In this document: positions 1 through 6,619 of the stretch, piece by piece
Numbering within the stretch: position 1 is the stretch's first letter
How the letters are laid out: each line of letters opens with the position of its first letter
From: Candidatus Zixiibacteriota bacterium
Lineage (GTDB): Bacteria; Zixibacteria; MSB-5A5; GN15; FEB-12
Assembly (NCBI GenBank): GCA_041742355.1
Contig: JBGSIV010000102.1
Coordinates: 1 to 22,607, forward strand
Length of the DNA stretch: 22,607 nt
Direction: 5' to 3'
The notes under the pieces: generated by a model
Databases searched by the model: none
Told to the model about the DNA's origin: nothing
What the model saw: only the letters and a program-made list of their open reading frames with translations
Program-made: the position numbers and the translations under genes

Positions 1-81
1 GTCGTCTCGGGCCTGTACTACTGGACGGTCGAGGACGACAAAGGCGATGTCCAGATCGGCAAGCTCGCCATCATCATGTAG
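1..81 (+). CDS. 3' end of an upstream gene; C-terminus resembles a T9SS/FlgD-Ig-type sorting domain (partial)
   Basis: Frame 1 reads VVSGLYYWTVEDDKGDVQIGKLAIIM* (TAG 79-81), matching the 'SGxY...GKxxIx' end pattern of FCB-group C-terminal sorting domains; a terminator follows. Confidence 0.6.
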   Translation, partial: VVSGLYYWTVEDDKGDVQIGKLAIIM

Positions 82-108
82 CCGCCTGCCGCTACCGTGA
101 ATTTCCCG

Positions 109-145
109 AACCGGTGAGAGGATGACCTCCCACCGGTTTTCTTCT
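109..145 (+). terminator. Intrinsic terminator after the upstream gene
   Basis: AACCGGTG-A-GAGG-atga-CCTC-C-CACCGGTT hairpin running into TTTTCTTCT. Confidence 0.75.
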
Positions 146-200
146 GGCGGCGGGAGCCGGACGGCTCGTCAAGTGTACGACAATCGGGCAAGAAAACCCC

Positions 201-230
201 TTGTCACAGAGCGCCAAATCTCTATATTAT
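201..230 (+). promoter_or_regulatory. sigma70-type promoter of glnA
   Basis: TTGTCA (201-206), then TATATT (223-228, 16-bp spacer) or TATTAT (225-230, 18-bp spacer), ~45 nt before ATG 272. Confidence 0.6.
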
Positions 231-245
231 GTGAATTGTATCACA
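230..245. promoter_or_regulatory. CRP/FNR-family operator TGTGA-N6-TCACA
   Basis: TGTGA-ATTGTA-TCACA is a perfect CRP-type consensus, abutting the -10 and covering the predicted start site. Confidence 0.55.
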
Positions 246-271
246 AGGCTGTAGTTTTGAAAGGACCCTTC

Positions 272-1684
272 ATGGAATTAGCCGACCTGCAGAAAATGGC
301 CGGTTCACATCACGCCGAGTTCCTGGATCTGAAGTTCTCCGATCTCCTCGGCATGTGGCATCACATTACCCTGCCGATCTCTTCCCTGAAGAGCGATTTG
401 TTCGCGCACGGCGTGGGTGTCGATGGTTCATCGCTGCCCGGCTTTTCGTCGATCGAACGGGGCGATATGATCATGATCCCCGACCCGTCGACCGCGTTCA
501 TGGATCCCTTCTTCGACCGCCCCACCCTGTCCATGCTCGGGGATATCATGGAATCCAACGAGAGGATCGTTCCTTATTCCCGAAATCCGCGTCGCGTGGC
601 CGCCGATGCCGAGGGGTATCTGCGCAAAGCGATGCCCGACGTCGACTGCATACTCGGTCCCGAATTCGAGTTCTACGTCTTCGATAAAGTCAACTTCTTC
701 CAGGGAGCCGAGAGCGCCTTCTATCACCTCGATTCGGTCGAGGCCGAGTGGAGCGCCGCCGCAGACGAAGAAAGCCTCGGCTTCAAGATTCCCGCCAAGA
801 AAGGCTACCACATCGCTCCGCCGATGGACCGTACCTTCAATCTGCGCTCCGAGCTGGCGGTCTTGCTGGCCGACGTCGGCGTCAACTTGAAGTACCACCA
901 CCATGAAGTGGGTTCCGGTGGCCAGCATGAAATCGAAGTCGCGTTCTCCCCGCTTCTGAAAATGGCCGACCAGTCGATGCTCGTGAAGTACATAATCAAG
1001 AACCACTGCTTCCGCCGCGGGAAATCGGCCACGTTTATGCCCAAGCCGCTGTTCAACGAACCCGGATCGGGCCTCCACGTCCACCAGTATCTCGCCGACG
1101 GAAACGGCTCCCTCTTCTATGACAAGAATGGGCCGTGCATGTTGTCGCAGACCGGGCTCTACTACGTCGGCGGTCTTCTCAAGCATGTCGACGCCATCCT
1201 CGCCTTCACGAACCCGTCGACCAACTCCTTCAAGCGCCTGGTCCCCGGCTTTGAGGCGCCGATCATCGGCTCGTACTCGCTCGGCAACCGGACCGCCTGT
1301 ATCCGCATCCCCGGCTACCAGCGCGACCCGAAAAAGATGCGCTTCGAGTTCCGGCCGCCCGACGGGACCATGAACCCGTACCTGGCCTATGCGGCCATGC
1401 TCATGGCGGGTCTCGACGGCATCAAGAACAAGATCGACCCGGGCGCACCGCTGGACAAGAACGCCGACCACCTGTCGCCGGAGGAACTGGCCGCCCACCA
1501 CCAGCTTCCCGGCACGCTGGCCACGGCGATCGATGCACTGGAACAGGATCACGCCTTTCTCCTTGAAGGCGGCGTTTTCACACAGGATCTGATCGACAAC
1601 TGGGTGAAGCTGAAACGACACGAAGTGTCTCAGCTGATGATCCGGCCCACGCCGTACGAATTCGAATTATATTATCATAGTTAA
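272..1684 (+). CDS. glnA: Type I glutamine synthetase (GSI-beta), 470 aa
   Basis: Motifs DGSS, GPEFEFY, HHHEVG..GQHEI, ATFMPKP, GSGLHVH, NSFKRLVPGFEAP, NRTACIRIP, RFEFRPPD, NPYLAYAA; beta-type insertion present. Start moved from 122 to ATG 272 (AAAGGA RBS; promoter and terminator lie upstream of it). Confidence 0.97.
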   Translation: MELADLQKMAGSHHAEFLDLKFSDLLGMWHHITLPISSLKSDLFAHGVGVDGSSLPGFSSIERGDMIMIPDPSTAFMDPFFDRPTLSMLGDIMESNERIVPYSRNPRRVAADAEGYLRKAMPDVDCILGPEFEFYVFDKVNFFQGAESAFYHLDSVEAEWSAAADEESLGFKIPAKKGYHIAPPMDRTFNLRSELAVLLADVGVNLKYHHHEVGSGGQHEIEVAFSPLLKMADQSMLVKYIIKNHCFRRGKSATFMPKPLFNEPGSGLHVHQYLADGNGSLFYDKNGPCMLSQTGLYYVGGLLKHVDAILAFTNPSTNSFKRLVPGFEAPIIGSYSLGNRTACIRIPGYQRDPKKMRFEFRPPDGTMNPYLAYAAMLMAGLDGIKNKIDPGAPLDKNADHLSPEELAAHHQLPGTLATAIDALEQDHAFLLEGGVFTQDLIDNWVKLKRHEVSQLMIRPTPYEFELYYHS

Positions 1685-1697
1685 GCTATGCGACAAA

Positions 1698-1726
1698 GGT
1701 CCCCGGTTTTCGCCGGGGACCGCTTC
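1698..1726 (+). terminator. Hairpin after glnA, probable terminator
   Basis: GGTCCCCGG-ttttcg-CCGGGGACC, a 9-bp GC stem 14 nt after the stop; weak U-tract. Confidence 0.55.
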
Positions 1727-1763
1727 AGACGACTGGGTCGCCTCTCGCTTCACACTGCTCACA

Positions 1764-1790
1764 TGCAACATCGTCTCAACCCGGCCGGTC
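1764..1790 (+). promoter_or_regulatory. Candidate ECF sigma promoter for the serine hydrolase gene
   Basis: TGCAACA-N16-GGTC, same spacing as the two motifs between the ECF sigma gene and the membrane-protein gene. Confidence 0.45.
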
Positions 1791-1921
1791 AAATAATCGA
1801 ATATGATTGGCCGGCTTTCGAATACACCCGACCTCACTATCGTAACAGACGTAAGTGAGTCTATTACCGAGCGATTAGGATGCCTCACGATACACATAGC
1901 GCATTCCATGGAGGACAGTGA

Positions 1922-4048
1922 ATGATCTCTCGTCAGACGATAGGGCGGGCGGTTGCATTGGTCATGCTCGCCGTGCTCTTACCCCTCGCCGCGTTTGCCG
2001 CCGAACCGGCCGGCAGCTGGGAAGGTAAAATCGAACTCCCCGGCTTGTCCCTCAAATATACCGTTGACTTCGCTCTCGACAGCGCCGGCGCCTGGATCGG
2101 GACCATCGACATTCCCGATCAGGGGGCGAAGGGCTTGCCGCTGAAGGGTATCCTGGCCAGGCCGGATTCCCTCCATTTCGCCATTGCCGAAGTTCCCGGC
2201 GATCCTACCTTCCACGGTGCTTTCGGAAGCGACGGCAAGGAGCTTTCCGGGACCTTTATGCAGAACGGGCAGTCATTCCCGTTTGCCATGACCCGAATCG
2301 ATTCTGCACTAACCGCCGCCCGAAGCGCTGAACTCGATGAATCGCTGGCCAAAATCCGAGCCTTCATCGACACCACCATCAAGGAGTTCCGCACACCCGG
2401 TCTGGCCCTGGCGATCATCAAAGACGATCAGGTCATCATGTCCGAAGGGTTTGGCCTGCGCAATGTCGAGCAAAACTTTCCCGTCACCGCACAGACCCTC
2501 TTCCCCATCGGCTCCTCGACCAAAGCCTTCACCACATGTGCTCTGGCGATGCTCGCCGACTCGGGTAAGATCGACTGGAACGGCAAGGTGATCGAATACC
2601 TGCCCGAGTTCCGCCTGAAAGATCCGTACATCACGAGCCACGCGACTATACGCGATCTGGTCACCCACCGGATCGGTTTGCCGCGGCACGATCTCATGTG
2701 GTATGGCTCTCCCTACAGCCGAGAAGAAATGCTCAGGCGCCTGCAGTATCTCGACTTCAGCGAAGACTTCCGAACCGCCTTCCAGTACCAGAACCTCATG
2801 TTCATGACCGCCGGATATCTCGCCGGCAAAGTCGCTGGTACATCTTGGGAGGAGTTCGTCAAGTCCCGGATCTTCACTGCCCTCGGCATGGCCAACACCA
2901 GTTTCACGATCAAGGAAATGCAGCAGAGCGCCGAGTGGGCGCAGGGCTACCGCGACAGCAGCGAGCAGGTGGTACTCATGCCCTGCCGCGACATCGAAGC
3001 CATCGGCCCCGCAGGATCAATCAACTCGTCTGTTGAGCAGATGGCCAACTGGGTGCGGCTGCACCTCAATCGCGGCGAGCTGAATGGCTCGCGTATTGTG
3101 TCTGAGGGGCAGATGCTCGAACTTCACTCGCCGAACTTTGTCTTTGATCGCGCCGGCGGCCCTCATACCGAGCACCTGCTTTCCAGCTACGGTCTCGGCT
3201 GGTTCATCGAGGCCTACCGCGGCCACTACCGCGTGCACCACGGCGGCAACATCGACGGTTACTCGGCACTGGTGTCATTTCTTCCCGACGACCGCATTGG
3301 CATGGTCATCCTGACCAACCAGAACGCCTCCCCATCGCCCGCACTGGTCTGCTCGTATGTCAGCGACGTTCTTCTTGGCCTTGAGCCCGTCGACTTTGCC
3401 GGTCGCCTTCGTACCGCCCTGGCCTCTTCGGACAACTCGAAGGTTGACCCCAAAGAGGCAGCGGCCGATCGTGTCGCCAACACCAAACCCTCGCATGATC
3501 TCAAGGCCTACGCCGGTGAATTCGAACACCCCGGCTACGGTGTGATCCGCGTGACCGTTGACAATAAGCAACTTCAGGCCACCCTGCACGACCTGAAATT
3601 CGGCCTGGAACACTGGCACTATGACATTTTCCGCCTGCTGAATGACCTCTTCGGCGGCGAGGAAGCCCGGATGTTCCTGTCCTTTCTTACCAACACGCAG
3701 GGGGATATCGATAGACTCAGCCTGACCCTGGAGCAGTCGCTGCCGCCGATGGAGTTCACCCGCCGCCCCGATCGTGGTTTGTTTGACCCGGCGTACCTCG
3801 TTCAGTTTGTCGGTAAGTACGCGTCGGAAGGCCCCGAGGTCAGCATCGACATTCAGTCGGATCACCTCACCTTGACCGTGCCAGGCCAGCCGACCTACGT
3901 GCTTGAGCCCTATCGCACGGATGAATTCAACATCAAGGATCTAACCGGATTCAGTCTCGCGTTCGAGCGCTCGAAGGATGGCGTGGTTATTGGTGTGAAG
4001 TTCAGACAGCCGAACGGCGTGTTTTCGGCGCAGAAGAAGTCGGTGTAG
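1922..4048 (+). CDS. Secreted serine hydrolase, beta-lactamase/AmpC-like family (peptidase S12), with an N-terminal beta domain and C-terminal DUF3471-like domains
   Basis: Signal peptide (...LAAFA|AE); SxxK in FPIGSSTK; YxN in FQYQN; LVTHRIG; GPAGSINSS; HHGGNIDG; GGAGGA RBS at 1910-1915. Confidence 0.9.
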   Translation: MISRQTIGRAVALVMLAVLLPLAAFAAEPAGSWEGKIELPGLSLKYTVDFALDSAGAWIGTIDIPDQGAKGLPLKGILARPDSLHFAIAEVPGDPTFHGAFGSDGKELSGTFMQNGQSFPFAMTRIDSALTAARSAELDESLAKIRAFIDTTIKEFRTPGLALAIIKDDQVIMSEGFGLRNVEQNFPVTAQTLFPIGSSTKAFTTCALAMLADSGKIDWNGKVIEYLPEFRLKDPYITSHATIRDLVTHRIGLPRHDLMWYGSPYSREEMLRRLQYLDFSEDFRTAFQYQNLMFMTAGYLAGKVAGTSWEEFVKSRIFTALGMANTSFTIKEMQQSAEWAQGYRDSSEQVVLMPCRDIEAIGPAGSINSSVEQMANWVRLHLNRGELNGSRIVSEGQMLELHSPNFVFDRAGGPHTEHLLSSYGLGWFIEAYRGHYRVHHGGNIDGYSALVSFLPDDRIGMVILTNQNASPSPALVCSYVSDVLLGLEPVDFAGRLRTALASSDNSKVDPKEAAADRVANTKPSHDLKAYAGEFEHPGYGVIRVTVDNKQLQATLHDLKFGLEHWHYDIFRLLNDLFGGEEARMFLSFLTNTQGDIDRLSLTLEQSLPPMEFTRRPDRGLFDPAYLVQFVGKYASEGPEVSIDIQSDHLTLTVPGQPTYVLEPYRTDEFNIKDLTGFSLAFERSKDGVVIGVKFRQPNGVFSAQKKSV

Positions 4049-4069
4049 AATAGAATCATGGTGTCAGAC

Positions 4070-4102
4070 AAAAGCAACGGGCCGCGCTGGCGCGGCCCGT
4101 TG
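4070..4102. terminator. Terminator between convergent genes (U-tract on the minus strand)
   Basis: CAACGGGCCGCGC-tg-GCGCGGCCCGTTG inverted repeat (4075-4102); the minus strand continues CTTTT. Confidence 0.75.
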
Positions 4103-4122
4103 GTCACTAATCGTCGCTGTGC

Positions 4123-4593
4123 TCATTCGTGACGGTCGGCCGAATCGTAGATGATCTCCCCCGTACCGCGAGACTTCACCTTCACGTCCACCTCGATCCC
4201 CTGGCGCACAGAAGCGGTCACGATGCAGAAGTCTTCGAACAAGTCGATGCAGCGACCGAGCCGATTCTCGCTGTCAGGCGGCATATCGATCTCGATCAGC
4301 ACCTCGCTGCCGCCGATGCGGAACCGTCCCTTCTCGTTGCGGATGATTGTCGTCGTGACCGAGGACTTCATGTCCGTCACTTCAGTGCGCGCCCGCTGCA
4401 GACAGAACAGCAGACTGGCGCTCAGGCAGTTTCCGATCGCCGCGGACAGCACGCGAGCGGCATTGGGGCCGGTTCCGCCACCCAGAGGTTCGGGTTCATC
4501 GATCATCAACTCCTGCCCCGGCTGGTCGAACGACACCTTGAACTCGAAGCCGTTCAACCGCTGCATCGTGATACAGAATTGCTTTTGCTCCAT
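4123..4593 (-). CDS. OsmC/Ohr-family protein
   Basis: IDEPEPLGGGTGPN motif, two conserved Cys (AAIGNCLS and DFCIVTASV), 156 aa, GAGGT RBS. Confidence 0.9.
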   Translation of the reverse strand: MEQKQFCITMQRLNGFEFKVSFDQPGQELMIDEPEPLGGGTGPNAARVLSAAIGNCLSASLLFCLQRARTEVTDMKSSVTTTIIRNEKGRFRIGGSEVLIEIDMPPDSENRLGRCIDLFEDFCIVTASVRQGIEVDVKVKSRGTGEIIYDSADRHE

Positions 4594-4602
4594 TGTACCT
4601 CG

Positions 4603-4656
4603 CAGAGAAAACCACCGATTCGTCAGCTGCGAAATAGTAGCCCCGAATCGGTGGTT
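4603..4656 (-). terminator. Long inverted repeat / terminator between the anti-sigma gene and the OsmC gene
   Basis: 13-bp perfect arms AACCACCGATTCG (4610-4622) and CGAATCGGTGGTT (4644-4656); the minus strand ends in TTTTCTCT. Confidence 0.6.
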
Positions 4657-4691
4657 GCGCTACAAAAACTCATGGCCGCCTTTCCGGCCCA

Positions 4692-5207
4692 TCAGAGACA
4701 GTATTTCGCTTGCCTCTGCCGAAAGAGCAGATGATCGGCGCCGGCAACAGCCGCTAGAATCAACACGCAGAACAGAATCATCAGAATTGTGGCCGTGTCC
4801 GCCGTCACCGTCCGCTGCACCCCGTCGAGCGCCGCTGCGCTCCGCTGCAGCGAAGGGGCAAACACACCGACCAGGCTGTCCCACAGCGGCCGCAGGTCCA
4901 TGAAATAGGCCATCGCGCCGAACGCCACCACCGCTCCGGCCAGAATCAAGAGCAGGCTGGTCCACCGACGGCGGGCTGCTTCGGCCTGTTCAGTTACAAT
5001 CCGCGCGGTGACCGCTTCGGCAAACCCCGGACTCAGTTCAAACCCCCGATCCTCGCCGATTACCGTAAAAAGCCGGCGGTACTCATTGACCCGCTCCCGG
5101 CATTCCCGGCACTCCGACAGGTGGGCGTCGAACACCTGATCCAACGCCGATGTGCCCTTCTCCAGGTAGGCCTGGATTTCGTCATCGGCCATATGCCTTA
5201 CTGCCAT
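4692..5207 (-). CDS. Zinc-finger (ZAS, zf-HC2) membrane-bound anti-sigma factor
   Basis: H...HLSECREC (HxxxCxxC) at the N-terminus; two hydrophobic segments; start overlaps the sigma gene stop. Confidence 0.85.
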   Translation of the reverse strand: MAVRHMADDEIQAYLEKGTSALDQVFDAHLSECRECRERVNEYRRLFTVIGEDRGFELSPGFAEAVTARIVTEQAEAARRRWTSLLLILAGAVVAFGAMAYFMDLRPLWDSLVGVFAPSLQRSAAALDGVQRTVTADTATILMILFCVLILAAVAGADHLLFRQRQAKYCL

Positions 5208-5794
5208 ATATCCTCCATCCGATACTTCTTTCGCAACCGATCGCGCAGAATCTGGCGCGCCCGAAAAAGGTAGCTCTTTACCGTGCCCATCGGCAACGCG
5301 GTGATCTCGGCAATTTCCTCGTAGGTCATTTCGTCTAGGTGGTACAGTGTCAACACCGCTCGGTACTGCGGCGAGAGAAACTCCATCTCCGCCTGCACCC
5401 GCTCGAACAAGTCCCGATTCTCCGCCGCCGTATCCAGCGCCACCGCTTCGTCGGCAACCGAATCGAGCGCCGAATGAGCTTCATCATCAGCCGGCCGCAG
5501 ATCGTCCAGGAGCGGCACCTTTCGCTTCTGCAGATGATTGACACAGGTGTTGTAAGCAATCCGCCCGATCCAGGTCGACACCTTCGAGCCGTACTGGAAA
5601 CCGCTCAGGCTATGGTACACTTTCACAAAGACTTCCTGGCAGAGATCCTCACGGTCGGCGCGGTTGGAAACCATCCGAAACACAATGTGGCTGACCAGCC
5701 GCTGGTAGCGATCGACAAAGGTCTGGAACGCACGGTGGTTACCCCCGAGGATTTCCTCGATGAGCGCCCGACTGTCGAATCCCGTATTTTCCAT
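5198..5794 (-). CDS. ECF (sigma70 group 4) RNA polymerase sigma factor, SigW/RpoE-like
   Basis: Region 2 REDLCQEVFVKVY and STWIGRIAYN; region 4 LSPQYRAVLTLYHLDEMTYEEIAEITALPMGTVKSYLFRAR. Start moved from 5872 to ATG 5794 (MENTGFD). Confidence 0.95.
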   Translation of the reverse strand: MENTGFDSRALIEEILGGNHRAFQTFVDRYQRLVSHIVFRMVSNRADREDLCQEVFVKVYHSLSGFQYGSKVSTWIGRIAYNTCVNHLQKRKVPLLDDLRPADDEAHSALDSVADEAVALDTAAENRDLFERVQAEMEFLSPQYRAVLTLYHLDEMTYEEIAEITALPMGTVKSYLFRARQILRDRLRKKYRMEDIWQ

Positions 5795-5806
5795 ACTACA
5801 CCTATA

Positions 5807-5833
5807 GACAAGGTACCCTTCCGGTATGTTGCA
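5807..5833 (-). promoter_or_regulatory. Candidate ECF autoregulatory promoter
   Basis: Minus strand TGCAACA-N16-TGTC(TA) just upstream of the sigma start codon. Confidence 0.6.
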
Positions 5834-5853
5834 GCAAGAAAAATGCGCCGCCC

Positions 5854-5880
5854 TGCAACAATTCCCCGCCATCGACTGTC
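5854..5880 (+). promoter_or_regulatory. Candidate ECF promoter for the divergent membrane protein
   Basis: Plus strand TGCAACA-N16-TGTC, mirroring the minus-strand motif. Confidence 0.6.
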
Positions 5881-5922
5881 CGATCCGGCAGACAGTGAAA
5901 GAGATTTGAAAGGAGATACGTT

Positions 5923-6312
5923 ATGAATCCCGATGTGATGATCCCCCTGGTGATCTTCGGGTCCGTCGTGGCCATAGTCAAGATCCTGTCGGACAACAAG
6001 ATTCGAAGGCAACTCATCGACAAAGGTCAGGTCGATGACCGCGCCCGGGCTTTCCTGACCCGCGATGCCGAGCTGGCCCGCCTGTCTTCCCTCAAATGGG
6101 GAATGGTGCTGATCGCCCTGGGCGTGGGACTGCTCGTAAGCTACATGAACCCGGACATGCTCGAAGACGGCGGCACATTCGGCCTTATGCTCGTCCTGGC
6201 CGGCGTCGCCTTCCTCATCTACTACGCGGTCGCTCAGAAGCACCTCGCCCGGCTCGATGAGAAGTACCCCGCCCCGTCCACTTACGACAAATCATCTCAC
6301 ATTTCCGCCTAA
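5923..6312 (+). CDS. Small three-TM membrane protein, DUF6249-like, ECF-associated
   Basis: AAGGAGA RBS; N-terminal TM, 'RRQLIDKG', 'LKWGMVLIALGVGLL' and a third TM. Family name is from recall of FCB proteins divergent from ECF sigmas, not from a search. Confidence 0.75.
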   Translation: MNPDVMIPLVIFGSVVAIVKILSDNKIRRQLIDKGQVDDRARAFLTRDAELARLSSLKWGMVLIALGVGLLVSYMNPDMLEDGGTFGLMLVLAGVAFLIYYAVAQKHLARLDEKYPAPSTYDKSSHISA

Positions 6313-6325
6313 GCGTTTGCTTACC

Positions 6326-6355
6326 GCGCCGCCCGGATTCCCGGGCGGCGCTTCT
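6326..6355 (+). terminator. Terminator after the membrane protein gene
   Basis: GCGCCGCCCGG-attc-CCGGGCGGCGC 11-bp stem followed by TTCT. Confidence 0.65.
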
Positions 6356-6495
6356 CCCCGACTATCGTTCCTTCGTGTTTGTCACAACCCCGCAACAGCT
6401 TACGGTATCACCTGACCGCCCGAAGCGGGCCCGCAGCCCTGCGTCTTCCTCCTGCGGGCAGGTCAAAAAAAACGTGGCGGTTCTGTTAAAAAAGA

Positions 6496-6525
6496 TTGAC
6501 AGGGTCCATAAAGCCGTGTTATACT
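6496..6525 (+). promoter_or_regulatory. Strong sigma70 promoter with no downstream CDS
   Basis: TTGACA (6496-6501), 18-bp spacer, extended -10 TGt-TATACT (6517-6525), A-tracts upstream. Confidence 0.75.
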
Positions 6526-6531
6526 ACTCTC

Positions 6532-6594
6532 GCTTCATGAGACCTCCCCTAAAGAAAACCGCCCGCGGTATTCCCCTGCCCGGGCGGTTTTCTT
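6532..6594 (+). ncRNA. Candidate small RNA (~63 nt) with CU-rich anti-SD-like motifs
   Basis: Bracketed by a near-consensus promoter and an intrinsic terminator; unpaired GACCUCCCCU segment and UUCCCC hairpin loop. Confidence 0.55.
6552..6594. terminator. Bidirectional intrinsic terminator (candidate sRNA and oligopeptidase B)
   Basis: AAGAAAACCGCCCG ... CGGGCGGTTTTCTT, 14-bp arms giving U-tracts on both strands. Confidence 0.85.
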
Positions 6595-6619
6595 ATGCTC
6601 TTGAATGAGATTCTTTCGA

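Noticed and set aside
122..271. N-terminal extension of the glnA ORF from ATG 122
   Set aside because: It overlaps the upstream terminator and the glnA promoter; GS similarity and the RBS begin at 272.
428..1621. Long antisense or alternate-frame ORFs (428-1621, 6605-7276, 7616-8782, 9101-10660, 12347-13312, 13858-15429, 19353-20381, 20206-21582, 4129-4903)
   Set aside because: They shadow well-supported genes, show no motifs, and are expected from high-GC codon usage.
6375..6608. 77-aa ORF and internal MRPPLKK... mini-ORF
   Set aside because: No RBS, low-complexity translation, and it runs through a promoter and a strong terminator.
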